A stretch of 31,285 bases of DNA from a virus (Duplodnaviria; Caudoviricetes): positions 1-31,285 of the IMG/VR virus record IMGVR_UViG_3300011971_000006. One strand, given 5' to 3'. Shown piece after piece: positions 16,015 through 26,564 of this stretch (positions within the stretch are counted from its first letter, which is position 1; each line of letters begins with the position of its first letter). The notes beneath the pieces were generated by a model. That model was not told the DNA's origin and searched no databases. It saw only the letters and a list, made by a program, of their open reading frames with translations. The translations under genes were made by a program, and so were the position numbers.

Positions 16015-17112
16015 ATGGCATTTTATAGTAAATTTGTATTCATTGGGGCTTTAGGAATTGCAAAAGATAAAGATAAATTTCATAATACATTCTTAAATAA
16101 AAAGGAAACATGGGTATCTTCAAGAGTTAACTTCATGGTGAAAGAATCAGATCATAATGGAGTTTTTGTAGAACTATTCGGTGGATACCAGGCAGACGGT
16201 AAAGGTAGAATCTTCTCTATGGATTTAGATAATAGTAAAATTGAAGTTCCATGGAAAGACCGTGAAGATACAGAAACATTAAAAATGGTTGCTGATTTTA
16301 AGAAGTTCAAAGCTGATCTTGGCGAAGCAAAAGAATTTCTTGCAGAGTATGACATGATTGAATATCTTAAAGATGTACTTCCTTCAATCACAGAACGGGT
16401 AGTAGTTATTGGAAGTGTCAAGAAGGAATACTACAAAGGAAATTATAATGACAAATATATTATTCAAACAATCCGATTTGCAAAGGAAGATGAGAAGAAT
16501 AAACTTTCAGTAAGTATGGATATTTTCTACTCTAAGGATTCATTAGATACCAGTGATTTTAAAGAAGAGAAAGTTCTCAGGCTTACAGGTTATGTTTCAC
16601 AATATATTGATAAAGATATTAAGACTAAGTTTATGCCACAACAGTTTATCCTTAGTGCTAAAAAGTTAGACTTTGAAAATGATAAGCATGTTGCAAAATT
16701 TGATTTCTTGAAAAAGTATATCACAGTAAAAGGTAAAACTTATGTACATATGCCTTGGCAGATGTCTATCTTTAGAGGAGCAGATGAAGTTGAATGGGAT
16801 GAATCAATGCTTACTAAAGACCAAAAAGAAGCAGTAGCATTTGGCCTTTCAACGGCAGAAAGTTTCAAGCCTAGATCAAATGCTCTTGGTGGAAATATCT
16901 TTGAATACCGTCTAATTAAACCACTGTTATCAGGAGTATTTTCTGAAGGGGTTATGGATACAGAACTTAAAGTTGAAGAGTTTGAGGAAGATATTTTTAG
17001 ACCTGTAGAGAAAACTGAAAAGTTTAAAGAACCTAAAGAAGATAAAAAGATTGAACCTAAATTCAATATTGATACAATTGTAGAAGACGAAGATGACGAT
17101 TTATTCTCGTAG
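16015..17112 (+). CDS. putative ssDNA-binding/replication protein (position of SPbeta YorF)
   Basis: first gene of the replication operon; acidic tail EDEDDDLFS; function inferred. Confidence 0.55.
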   Translation: MAFYSKFVFIGALGIAKDKDKFHNTFLNKKETWVSSRVNFMVKESDHNGVFVELFGGYQADGKGRIFSMDLDNSKIEVPWKDREDTETLKMVADFKKFKADLGEAKEFLAEYDMIEYLKDVLPSITERVVVIGSVKKEYYKGNYNDKYIIQTIRFAKEDEKNKLSVSMDIFYSKDSLDTSDFKEEKVLRLTGYVSQYIDKDIKTKFMPQQFILSAKKLDFENDKHVAKFDFLKKYITVKGKTYVHMPWQMSIFRGADEVEWDESMLTKDQKEAVAFGLSTAESFKPRSNALGGNIFEYRLIKPLLSGVFSEGVMDTELKVEEFEEDIFRPVEKTEKFKEPKEDKKIEPKFNIDTIVEDEDDDLFS

Positions 17113-17120
17113 AAGATTCA

Positions 17121-17140
17121 GGAGGAGTTAATTCTCCTCC
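17121..17140 (+). other. intergenic hairpin
   Basis: GGAGGAG-TTAATT-CTCCTCC. Confidence 0.5.
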
Positions 17141-17176
17141 AACTAATAAATAAAATATAATGGAGGAATTTAATTA

Positions 17177-18277
17177 ATGGCTTTTAAGAAAAATGTAATC
17201 AAGGTAGATTTGTGCTCCTATCCACCATATGTAATCATGGGTGAACCTAAGAGTGGTAAATCAACACTATTTCGTGATTTAGTCCTACATAACTATGGTA
17301 AAGAAGAATCTGGATTGCTTATCTCTTTTAAAGATGAAGATGGTTATTTAGCATTAGATAGACTACAGTTTGAAAAAACTATTGAGTGGAATTCAGATGA
17401 AGATGAAGAAACTGGATTACGTGGATTCGTTCAAATTGTAGATGATCTTGTAGAGAATAAAAAGGATTATGAGATTAAAATGGTTGCATTTGATACCTAT
17501 GATAAGCTAGTTGAAATGGCTATTACAGAAGTATTGAAACAACATAAAAAAGAAAAAGGAACACCATGTAAATCAATTAATGATGCATTAGGTGGATATG
17601 GTAAAGGTAGAGATTATCTCCTTGAGATTATTCTTAAACAAATTGGAAGACTCAGAGGAGCAGGTTATGCAATCTTTATCTTAGCTCATACTAAGTTCAA
17701 AGAAAAGACTGATCCACTAACAGGAGATACATATGAACAATTAACAAATAATCTTCGAGCTGATTATTACAATGCTATTGCTAATATTGCTCAAATGATT
17801 ACAAATATTACAGTTGAACGAGAAGTCAAGGAAGGTAAACAAGTAGGAGAGAAACGAGTAATTTACTTTAGGTCAAATGGTATTGTTGATGCTGGAGGAA
17901 GATTTGCAAACTTGCCAGAAAAACTTCCTCTGTCTGCTGAACACTTTATGGATGCATTTAATATTGGTGTGAAGAGTTCTTTTCTAGGTGGAGTATCTGA
18001 TAAGGTTATTGAAACTCAGAAGAAAGTTGAAGTCAAAGAAATTGCTAGTGCAGCAGATGTTGCATGGAAGAAAGAACAAGCAGAGATTCAACAAGAACTA
18101 GCACATGATGATGTTGCAGAGTATGTAACTATTATTCAAGCAAAATTCCCTAAAGCAAAAGATGACGTTAAAGAAACTATTCGAGGAATTATGTCTGAGT
18201 ATAATATCGCTAACTTTAAAACTCCAGAAGAACTCTCGCCTGAAGGATTAAAGAAGATCGTAGAAGCCCTCGCTTAA
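17177..18277 (+). CDS. AAA-family NTP-binding protein (AAA_24/Sak4-like, SPbeta YorG-like)
   Basis: Walker A GEPKSGKST, Walker B VAFDT, GGYGKG, ILAH. Confidence 0.8.
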   Translation: MAFKKNVIKVDLCSYPPYVIMGEPKSGKSTLFRDLVLHNYGKEESGLLISFKDEDGYLALDRLQFEKTIEWNSDEDEETGLRGFVQIVDDLVENKKDYEIKMVAFDTYDKLVEMAITEVLKQHKKEKGTPCKSINDALGGYGKGRDYLLEIILKQIGRLRGAGYAIFILAHTKFKEKTDPLTGDTYEQLTNNLRADYYNAIANIAQMITNITVEREVKEGKQVGEKRVIYFRSNGIVDAGGRFANLPEKLPLSAEHFMDAFNIGVKSSFLGGVSDKVIETQKKVEVKEIASAADVAWKKEQAEIQQELAHDDVAEYVTIIQAKFPKAKDDVKETIRGIMSEYNIANFKTPEELSPEGLKKIVEALA

Positions 18278-18287
18278 TTAGCATAGT

Positions 18288-18311
18288 GGGATAGGTGAGA
18301 TATCCTATCCC
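18288..18311 (+). terminator. hairpin, possible weak terminator
   Basis: GGGATAGG-N8-CCTATCCC-TTATT. Confidence 0.45.
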
Positions 18312-18328
18312 TTATTACTCCATAAAGG

Positions 18329-18829
18329 ATGATAGAAATGGCAAGAAGTTGTGTTTGTCCAATTACTAAAGAACACGGTACTACAGATACATTTTATTGT
18401 GTGCCTGAAAAAGGTAAACATAAATATTATAAGTCTCAAGAGATATATGAAAAAGGCAAACAGGATAAAGAACAGAAACAAAAAACAATAACTTATGTGC
18501 TATCAATACTTGGATATGAATATTCTCCATACCTTAGCAAGAGGCTTACAGAATTAAACGAACATTTTACATATGAAATAATTTATTCAGCTTTTAAAAT
18601 GCAAACCGAGAAGATTAATTATGCACTACAAAATAAGTTATCTAGTGCTAAAGAGCAACAAAAAATCAGTTATATTATGAAAATTATTGAAAGTGTAATC
18701 AATGATTGCAAACCTGCAAAAGAAGTAATGAAGAACTTTGATATTGATGTTAATGATTTAAACAGAGTAAATCATATACCCATCAGGCATGGAGATATCA
18801 CAAGGTTTTTAGAAAGTGAGGATCTATGA
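18329..18829 (+). CDS. hypothetical replication protein (YorH position; possible helicase loader)
   Basis: overlaps the helicase start (ATGA); function inferred from position only. Confidence 0.55.
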   Translation: MIEMARSCVCPITKEHGTTDTFYCVPEKGKHKYYKSQEIYEKGKQDKEQKQKTITYVLSILGYEYSPYLSKRLTELNEHFTYEIIYSAFKMQTEKINYALQNKLSSAKEQQKISYIMKIIESVINDCKPAKEVMKNFDIDVNDLNRVNHIPIRHGDITRFLESEDL

Positions 18830-20298
18830 AATTAGAAACATACCCAGAGGGTTTAATCAAAAATAGAGAAGTTATTGAAGCATCTTTTATTTTTTCATTA
18901 TATAAAGACCCATCACTATATGGAGACTATTCTAAGGATATTAAATTAGACAATGAAGACGGGGATATCAGAACCTCTGATGGCATTTTTTACTATAGTG
19001 TTGGATTACAAATGTCTAAACTTGGATACCAGAACTTTGATAATTTAAGTATTTCTACATTTTTGGAGAGCAATCAAGTATTAAAGGATGGATTTGAGTC
19101 TAGAGGTAGCTATAAACCAATTGAAGAGATGAAGAGTCTCATAAATATTGAGAACATAGAAACCTATCATGACGAACTAATAAAGAATAATATGCTTCTA
19201 AGATTGCATGATAAAGGATTTAATGTTGAATCCAACATGGATAAGTTCAAGAAAATGACAAGCGAAGAAGTTTACATGTATTATGACTATTTATTAAATA
19301 ATATTAATATTAATACAGGAAACACAATACAGATAGAAACTCTTGAAATTGATGATAAATTCATTGAAGAATGTAATGTAGGAGAGTCTAAAGGTATTGA
19401 TTACGGGAAGATATGCCACATACTCAACTACTTAACATTAGGACTTCCTTTAAGTGATATGTATCTGTTTGGGGGTCATAGTGGTGTAGGAAAGAGTAGC
19501 TTTGTATTTGCCAATATGATTATGCCAGTTGCATCAAATGGTGTTAAATGTTGTATCATTTCTAATGAACAAAAATCTAAAGATTTTAAGAATATATTAT
19601 TATCAAGTGTACTAGCAATGGATTTAAATTATTGGGATCTTACTCGTAAAAAGCTAAAGATAGGCAACTTTACTCCCGAACAACTTGCGAAAATATATGA
19701 AGCAAAAGCTATAATCAAAGAAAAATATTCAAGCATTAAATTCGTTAAACTATATGAATATAGTGTAGTTAAGGTCAAGAAGATTGTTAAGAAGCTTTCA
19801 AAACAAGGTTATCAAGTTTTTCTCTATGACACATTTAAGAGTGCTGACTTAAATGAAGGAGAGTCATGGAAAACTATTGTTGAAGATTCAAAACAATTAT
19901 TCCAATTAGCAAGCAAAGAAAATGTTTGTATTATCCCTACATATCAGTTAGCACTACATAGTCTCAATAAAAGGTACTTAGATGCAACATGCTTAAGTAA
20001 TGCCAAACAAATTAAAGAAGTATTTTCTGAGATGGTATATATGAGGCAAGTGTGGGAAGATGAAATGGAAGGACAGAAATATGATATTAAACCATATAAT
20101 CTTAAAAAAGACTCACATGGTAAATACACTAAAATAAAAGAATCTTATACTATGAGTTCAGATAAGAAATACTTAATTTTGTTTCTAGATAAGACGAGAA
20201 ATGATGAAGATGCACAAACAATACTCTATGAATTTAATGGAAGATATAATATCTGGAAGGAGATTGGTTACTGTTCTCCATTCCACGATAGGAGTTAA
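18826..20298 (+). CDS. replicative DnaB-like (SF4) helicase
   Basis: GGHSGVGKSS, ISNEQ, FLYDTFK, TYQL, DKTRN. Confidence 0.85.
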   Translation: MKLETYPEGLIKNREVIEASFIFSLYKDPSLYGDYSKDIKLDNEDGDIRTSDGIFYYSVGLQMSKLGYQNFDNLSISTFLESNQVLKDGFESRGSYKPIEEMKSLINIENIETYHDELIKNNMLLRLHDKGFNVESNMDKFKKMTSEEVYMYYDYLLNNININTGNTIQIETLEIDDKFIEECNVGESKGIDYGKICHILNYLTLGLPLSDMYLFGGHSGVGKSSFVFANMIMPVASNGVKCCIISNEQKSKDFKNILLSSVLAMDLNYWDLTRKKLKIGNFTPEQLAKIYEAKAIIKEKYSSIKFVKLYEYSVVKVKKIVKKLSKQGYQVFLYDTFKSADLNEGESWKTIVEDSKQLFQLASKENVCIIPTYQLALHSLNKRYLDATCLSNAKQIKEVFSEMVYMRQVWEDEMEGQKYDIKPYNLKKDSHGKYTKIKESYTMSSDKKYLILFLDKTRNDEDAQTILYEFNGRYNIWKEIGYCSPFHDRS

Positions 20299-20304
20299 CT
20301 ACAT

Positions 20305-21318
20305 ATGGACTTAATTTCACTCCAAGACTTTCTAAAAGAAGATAAGGAACACATTATTGATCTACTGACTGATTCTGGATTTGAGAATATCAATTATATC
20401 AGGACAAAGCATGAGATTAGATGTTCTAGGGAGGCAGGAAGAAACCCAACTTCTATAAAAATTAATACTGAAACACTAGGGTATGTATGTTTTAGTACCA
20501 ATACTAGGGGAAATGTCATATCTCTATTGCAGTCTTATAGAGGACTGAGCTTCAGATACACACTTGATTACATAAGCGATTATTTCAATTTAGATTTAAT
20601 ACCTCATAAAAAAGTTCATCTTCCCTTTGGAGCATTCTACAAAAAAATTCTTAATAACTATTCAATTAATGACGTAGAAATAGTTACACACTCAGAAGAT
20701 GTTCTAAAGGAGTTTGCGGATAAACCGAATATGAGATTTTTCGATGATGGCATTACCTTTGATGTACAAAAACAATTCGATATAGGATTTGATCTAGAAA
20801 CATCAAGAATTACAATACCTTGGAGGAGCGCAGAGGGAAAATTAATTGGAGTTATTGGAAGGTTGAACGAGGACAATATTAGTGATGAAGTTCCAAAATA
20901 TTTAGCTGTAATTCCGTTCCCTAAGTCCCACAGCGTATATGGATTCAGTCAGAACTATGAGCACATAGTAAATCAAACAGTTTGGATTTGCGAGGCCGAG
21001 AAGAGCTGTCTGATTGCTAAAAGTTTAAATATTAATAATGTAGTCTCTGTAGGTAGTCACAGCATATCCTCTATACAAGTACAACTGATCAAATCACTGA
21101 TGCCAAAAAAAATTATTGTAGCATGGGATGAAGGAATTGAGGAGTGTGAAATAATTACTGAATGCAAAAAGTTTAAAAATAGTTTCATAAAATATGATAT
21201 AGGATATTTTAATCCTTCATGTCTACCTAAAGACTCTAAAATGTCATTATTTGACCTGAATAATAACAAAAAAATATCTCAATTAGTAAAGGAGAATGTA
21301 ATTTGGCTAGAGAATTAG
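20305..21318 (+). CDS. DNA primase (TOPRIM; SPbeta YorJ-like)
   Basis: RITIPWRS..GKLIGVIGR, PKY, ICEAEKS, VAWDEG. Confidence 0.8.
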   Translation: MDLISLQDFLKEDKEHIIDLLTDSGFENINYIRTKHEIRCSREAGRNPTSIKINTETLGYVCFSTNTRGNVISLLQSYRGLSFRYTLDYISDYFNLDLIPHKKVHLPFGAFYKKILNNYSINDVEIVTHSEDVLKEFADKPNMRFFDDGITFDVQKQFDIGFDLETSRITIPWRSAEGKLIGVIGRLNEDNISDEVPKYLAVIPFPKSHSVYGFSQNYEHIVNQTVWICEAEKSCLIAKSLNINNVVSVGSHSISSIQVQLIKSLMPKKIIVAWDEGIEECEIITECKKFKNSFIKYDIGYFNPSCLPKDSKMSLFDLNNNKKISQLVKENVIWLEN

Positions 21319-22409
21319 AACCGATAGTAAAAAAGTTAGTAGAAGATGGAAATACAGTTTATAGTTTCAGTAAATTAAATACATTTAAGCAATGCCAATA
21401 TGGGTTTTATAATACATATGTGTTAAAAAATAGAGGAATAGATAATATTTATAGTGTTTGCGGTAGTAATATTCATAACGATCTAGAAATGATATATAAT
21501 GGTAAAGAGGTTAACTTGACTAAATCATTGAAGACTACCCTTTCAGAACTAGATATGTTAGGTGTTACCTTCATGAATGATAAGATCAGGAATTCTTGGG
21601 TAGCTGATATGAAACATTTTAGTAAGAATTTTAAAGCAAAAGAGGGTGAATATGTTACTGAGGAAGGGTTTATCTTCGAGATAATGCCAAGAGTCTATAT
21701 CCAGGGATATATTGATATGGTTGAAAAACATAAAGATAACCATATTGATATCATAGATTTCAAAACAAGCAGTAAGTTTGATAAAAAGAAGTTAGTTGGA
21801 GCAGGGAGACAACTTGTATTATATGGCATAGCTAAACAAGATAAATATATTGTTGATAAGATTGCATGGCATATGCTTAAATATTTAAATATTTGTTGGG
21901 AGATGAAGAACGGGACAATTCATAAAAAGATGGTTAATAGGGGTAAATGGGTTAAAGAAATAGGAACTGATAAACAAGCTAAAGTTAAAGGTACTACTAC
22001 ATATAAAACCACAAAGAGTATGTTGAAGAGGGAATTAGAAGGATTAGGTATTAAGGAATTTGAAATTGATCTACTGCTTACAGATTCAGTAAAGAAAAAT
22101 AATTTATTAAACTTACCAAAAGAGATTCAAGATAAGTATTGGTTGGAAGATTGTATTTTAGAGTATGAATTTACTGAAGAGACAAAAAAAGAGTTTATGG
22201 ATTTTGTAAAGGATACACATGAGAAAATTCTTAGTAAAGATTCTACGAATGAAGCTGACTGGAAGCCTATGAATATTGATGGTGATAGCTTTTTCTGTAG
22301 TTATCTGTGCGGACATCGGAAAAGTTGCAAGTATTTGCATGAATACTATGAGAAGTTAAAGCTAGGTACAACAAAAAAAGATGATGAATGGGAAGACTTA
22401 TTTAGTTAG
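21303..22409 (+). CDS. PD-(D/E)XK nuclease (Cas4/AddB-like, probable Fe-S cluster)
   Basis: YSFSKL...C, GSNIH, GYIDM, IIDFKTS, QLVLY, C-terminal CSYLCGHRKSC. Confidence 0.85.
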   Translation: MARELEPIVKKLVEDGNTVYSFSKLNTFKQCQYGFYNTYVLKNRGIDNIYSVCGSNIHNDLEMIYNGKEVNLTKSLKTTLSELDMLGVTFMNDKIRNSWVADMKHFSKNFKAKEGEYVTEEGFIFEIMPRVYIQGYIDMVEKHKDNHIDIIDFKTSSKFDKKKLVGAGRQLVLYGIAKQDKYIVDKIAWHMLKYLNICWEMKNGTIHKKMVNRGKWVKEIGTDKQAKVKGTTTYKTTKSMLKRELEGLGIKEFEIDLLLTDSVKKNNLLNLPKEIQDKYWLEDCILEYEFTEETKKEFMDFVKDTHEKILSKDSTNEADWKPMNIDGDSFFCSYLCGHRKSCKYLHEYYEKLKLGTTKKDDEWEDLFS

Positions 22410-22425
22410 AAGGAAGGTGATTTAA

Positions 22426-23382
22426 ATCCCTAGACAGATTGAAGATTTAACAGGTAAAATATTTGGCAGTTGGAAAGTTTTAAAAAGAGATGAATTAAGA
22501 AAGGGAAGTTATTGGATTTGTGAATGCCAATGTGAGGATAAGACTTTAAATTCACTAAGAGCAAGCCACTTAAAGAATGATACGTGTGCTGATAAATGTA
22601 TTGCATGTTCAGACAAAGTAATATATAATAATAAAGTAGCAAAGGCTAAGAAAGTTGAGGATAATAAAAAGGATTATTACAAAAGATTTATTGATATGCA
22701 ATTCGGAAATCTTATTGTAAAGAGTTTTTACGGTCATAATAAAAATGGTTCTATGTTGTGGCTTAGTGAGTGCCAATGTATAGAAAAGACAAAAGTTATA
22801 TGTTCATCAACAGACTTAACTACAGGTAAAAAAGACCATTGCGGATGTTTAACTCGTATTAGAATGTCTAATAGTAAAAGAAAATATAATACATATGACT
22901 TAACTGGGGAGTATGGAATCGGATTTACAAACAAGGGAGAGGAGTTTTTCTTTGATTTAGAAGATTACGATTTAATTAAAAACTATTGTTGGATAAAACA
23001 TTGTGGTTATATAGAAGCAAACTCGTTAATTTTTAATGGTAACACTAATATAAAAATGCATAGACTAGTTATGAGAGAAACAGATAAGGATGTAAAAGTA
23101 GATCATATATATCATAAATTATATGATAACAGAAAATCAGAACTAAGGTCATGTAGTAATGCCGAGAATTGTGCAAATCATGTAATACATAAAAATAATA
23201 CTAGCGGAAAATCAGGGATAAGTTGGAGAAAAGATAATTCCAAGTGGAGGGTAAGAATATGGAAGGACTATAAATGTTACAATATAGGTTCATTTTCTAA
23301 TTATGAAGATGCAGTAATGGCTAGAGATGAAGCAGAAATAAAATACTTTAAAGAATATAGATGTGAAGAGGATGCGATTTAA
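22426..23382 (+). CDS. free-standing HNH-AP2 homing endonuclease
   Basis: MHRLVM...VDHI...DNRKSELR (HNH); NNTSGKSGISW...KWRVRI...GSF...A (AP2); two N-terminal FG...W.C.CQC repeats, frame open from ATC 22426 (track start 22696). Confidence 0.85.
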   Translation: MPRQIEDLTGKIFGSWKVLKRDELRKGSYWICECQCEDKTLNSLRASHLKNDTCADKCIACSDKVIYNNKVAKAKKVEDNKKDYYKRFIDMQFGNLIVKSFYGHNKNGSMLWLSECQCIEKTKVICSSTDLTTGKKDHCGCLTRIRMSNSKRKYNTYDLTGEYGIGFTNKGEEFFFDLEDYDLIKNYCWIKHCGYIEANSLIFNGNTNIKMHRLVMRETDKDVKVDHIYHKLYDNRKSELRSCSNAENCANHVIHKNNTSGKSGISWRKDNSKWRVRIWKDYKCYNIGSFSNYEDAVMARDEAEIKYFKEYRCEEDAI

Positions 23383-26300
23383 TGAAAAATTATACCCTAT
23401 ATCACCTACATAGCGACTTATCTGTAATTGACAGTGCTACAAAATTTAGTAAATATATTGAAAAAGCAAAAGAGTTAGGTATGAGGTCTATTGGGTTTAG
23501 TGAGCACGGATCAGTATTTCAATGGGTTAAAAAGAAACAATTATGTGACAAAGAAGGAATTAAATACATACATGGTCAAGAGTTTTATATTACTGAGTCA
23601 TTAGATGAAAAAGTCAGAGATAATTATCATTGCGTTCTTATATCTAGGAACTGGGAGGGAGTTAAGGAATTAAATAAACTCTCTTCTTTGGCATATCATA
23701 GAAATGACAATCATTATTATTATAATCCAAGGTTATCTTTAGATGAATTAATTACTACATCAGAAAATATCTTAGTCACAACTGCGTGTATTGGAGGTAT
23801 CCTCTATAAAGGCAATGATGAGGTTAAGGAAAAGTTTATAGAATTTCTAAAAAGTAATAAAAGCAGATGCTTCTTAGAGATTCAACATCATTGTGTAATT
23901 GAGCAGTCAAATTATAATCTAGAATTATTACATTTGTCAGAAACTATAGGAGTCCCTTTGATCACTGGTACTGATACGCATAGTTTAGATATTTTAAATC
24001 ACCAAGCAAGACAAAAATTACAAGCAGCAAAAAATATTAATTATGGTTCTGAAGATGCATGGGATTTAACATTTAAAACTTATGATGAGTTATTGGAATC
24101 ATATAAGAAACAAAATGTTCTATCCTTAGATGTTGTTTTAGAAGCTATTAATAATACTAATAAATTGGCAGATATGGTTGAACCGTTTGAATTTGAGTAT
24201 AGTTTTAAATATCCAAAGTTATATCCAGACTCTAATAAAGTATTTAAAGCTAAGGTATCTAAATCATATAAAGACAAAGGTTTAAATTTGATACCAGGAT
24301 ACAAGGAAAGGATTAATCATGAATTTAAAGGGATTACTCATAATGGGGCTGTGGATTATTTACTACTACAAGAAGATATAACTACATGGTGTCATGAGAA
24401 TGATATTTGGCAAGGCCCATCACGTGGTTCTGTTTCTGGAAGTGAATGTGCTTATTTACTTGGTATTACTGAAATAGACTCTGTAAAATGGGATATGAAC
24501 TTTGAAAGATTCATGAACCCTGAAAGAGTAAGCTTGAGTGATATCGACATAGACTACCCTCCTGACAGGATAGATGAAGTTAAGCAATATATCTTCAACA
24601 AAGAGAATCTGTACTGCTCAGACATCCTTACAACGAATACCATTGCATTAAAAGGAGCGATCAGAGATGCTGGTAGAGCGTTAGAAATACCTTTGACTGA
24701 AATAATGGAAATAAGTAATAATATTGAATACAAAGAAAGTAAATATAGGGAAAAATATCCTGAACTATTTAAATATGTAGACTTATTAAATGGAGTAATT
24801 ACGTCTATTGGGAGTCATCCTTGCGGAAGCATAGTTAGTCCATTGCCAATAGACGAATATCTAGGAACATTTACTACTGCTACAAGCGTGTATCCTATTT
24901 CTCAAGTTGATATGAAGTGTGTTGACTCTTTAAATTTTGTAAAATTAGATATCTTGAGTCTCGATAATGTACAAATTATTAATGATACGTGTAAATTAGC
25001 AGGGATCGAAAGACTGAATCCCGATAATACTGATTTTAATATTAAAGAGGTATGGGATAGTATATTAGAGAGTAATATAGGAGTTTTTCAATGGGAATCT
25101 GAATACGGTCATAGTATCTTTAAGAAGCTATTTTCAAAAGAAACGATAGGTAAAATTAAAGCTAAATCTAGTAAAACTAATTATCTTGATTTGTTTAGTA
25201 TGGGGAATGGTGCAATACGTCCTGCTGGTGAATCATATAGAGATAAAATGTGCCAAGGGGAGTTTAATGACAATGGGCATTTTGCTTTAAATGATTTACT
25301 CGAACCCACACTAGGATATTTAGTTTATCAGGAGCAGATCATTGAATTCTTGAATAAGTTCTGTGGATTTTCAATGGGTGAAGCAGACTTAGTTAGAAGA
25401 GGTTTTGCTAAAAAAACTGGTACTGAGCAATATATACCAAAAATTAAAAGTGGATTTATTAAAACAATGCTAGAAAAATACGAAGTTTCGGAAGAAGAAT
25501 CTTTAGTAATTATTGATGCATTCTTAAAAGTAATCGAGGACGCGAGCCTATATTTATTTTCGCTAAATCACAGTTTACCATATTCGATGATTGGATATAT
25601 GTGTGCATATTTGAGATATTATCATACTGGTGAATTTTTATCTGTAATGTTAAATATTAATAAAGATGATATTGATAAGACCGCAAAGATTGTTGAGTAT
25701 GCAAAACTTAAAGGGATTACTATTGAGTCAGTTAAATTTGGAAAATCTCTTGCAGATTATGTGTATGACGGCAAATCAAAAACTATCTATAAAGGAATTG
25801 AAAGTATAAAATTTTGCAACGCTCAAATAGCACAAAAATTATATGATTTAAAGGATAATACATACTCAAATTTTGCAAGCTTATTGCCCGATGTGTTGGG
25901 TACTGGAGTAAACTCAAAGCAATTAGACATACTTATTAAGTTAAATTTCTTCATAGAATTTGGAAGAAATAAAAAACTCTTGAAATACGTTGAATTGTAT
26001 AATGTTGTTGGCGTAGCAAAGCAGTTATCTAAAGAAAAAGCTGTTAAGTTTGATATAAACTTAGATATATTAATTAAACATTCAAGACAAACTGAGAAAA
26101 AATATATCTTATCAGACAATGATATAATACTTAGTGAATTATGGGATACGATACCAGATGAATCAATAAACATTATGGAACAAATACACGCTGAAGCAGA
26201 ATATTTTGGATATGCAAGATCAATAAATCCAAATATACCTGCTGATTACGGGATAGTGATTGATTTAAATATGAAATACTCTCCAATAGCCACAATATAC

Positions 26301-26516
26301 CGTGTTAATGATGGCAGTGTTGAGATTATAAAGACAGATAAGAGGAAGCATACTAAAAACCCCTTTCAGCAATTTGATATGATTAAAACTGTTACTAGAG
26401 AATCTAGACATAAAAAGAAATACATAGGTAAGGACGAAAAAGGTAAAGGAGTTTATGAAAACTTGGAAGAGGAAGAAGATATTCTTACCCAATGGACAAT
26501 AGTAACTTTTGATTAA
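23382..26516 (+). CDS. dnaE: DNA polymerase III alpha subunit (phage DnaE)
   Basis: PHP HLHSDLS/SEHG/TDTH, RGSVSGS, FERFMNPER.S.SDIDID, HPCG, KLDIL, YLVYQEQ, FSLNHS. Confidence 0.95.
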   Translation: MKNYTLYHLHSDLSVIDSATKFSKYIEKAKELGMRSIGFSEHGSVFQWVKKKQLCDKEGIKYIHGQEFYITESLDEKVRDNYHCVLISRNWEGVKELNKLSSLAYHRNDNHYYYNPRLSLDELITTSENILVTTACIGGILYKGNDEVKEKFIEFLKSNKSRCFLEIQHHCVIEQSNYNLELLHLSETIGVPLITGTDTHSLDILNHQARQKLQAAKNINYGSEDAWDLTFKTYDELLESYKKQNVLSLDVVLEAINNTNKLADMVEPFEFEYSFKYPKLYPDSNKVFKAKVSKSYKDKGLNLIPGYKERINHEFKGITHNGAVDYLLLQEDITTWCHENDIWQGPSRGSVSGSECAYLLGITEIDSVKWDMNFERFMNPERVSLSDIDIDYPPDRIDEVKQYIFNKENLYCSDILTTNTIALKGAIRDAGRALEIPLTEIMEISNNIEYKESKYREKYPELFKYVDLLNGVITSIGSHPCGSIVSPLPIDEYLGTFTTATSVYPISQVDMKCVDSLNFVKLDILSLDNVQIINDTCKLAGIERLNPDNTDFNIKEVWDSILESNIGVFQWESEYGHSIFKKLFSKETIGKIKAKSSKTNYLDLFSMGNGAIRPAGESYRDKMCQGEFNDNGHFALNDLLEPTLGYLVYQEQIIEFLNKFCGFSMGEADLVRRGFAKKTGTEQYIPKIKSGFIKTMLEKYEVSEEESLVIIDAFLKVIEDASLYLFSLNHSLPYSMIGYMCAYLRYYHTGEFLSVMLNINKDDIDKTAKIVEYAKLKGITIESVKFGKSLADYVYDGKSKTIYKGIESIKFCNAQIAQKLYDLKDNTYSNFASLLPDVLGTGVNSKQLDILIKLNFFIEFGRNKKLLKYVELYNVVGVAKQLSKEKAVKFDINLDILIKHSRQTEKKYILSDNDIILSELWDTIPDESINIMEQIHAEAEYFGYARSINPNIPADYGIVIDLNMKYSPIATIYRVNDGSVEIIKTDKRKHTKNPFQQFDMIKTVTRESRHKKKYIGKDEKGKGVYENLEEEEDILTQWTIVTFD

Positions 26517-26535
26517 CAAATAATATATAATTTAG

Positions 26536-26564
26536 TTGACTTATAATACTCCGTATGGTACAAT
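26536..26564 (+). promoter_or_regulatory. sigmaA-type promoter with extended -10
   Basis: TTGACT-N17-TACAAT with TG at the extended -10 position. Confidence 0.75.

Noticed and set aside
23382-26516. Intein or intron in dnaE
   Set aside because: Continuous ORF of normal length with no splicing motifs.
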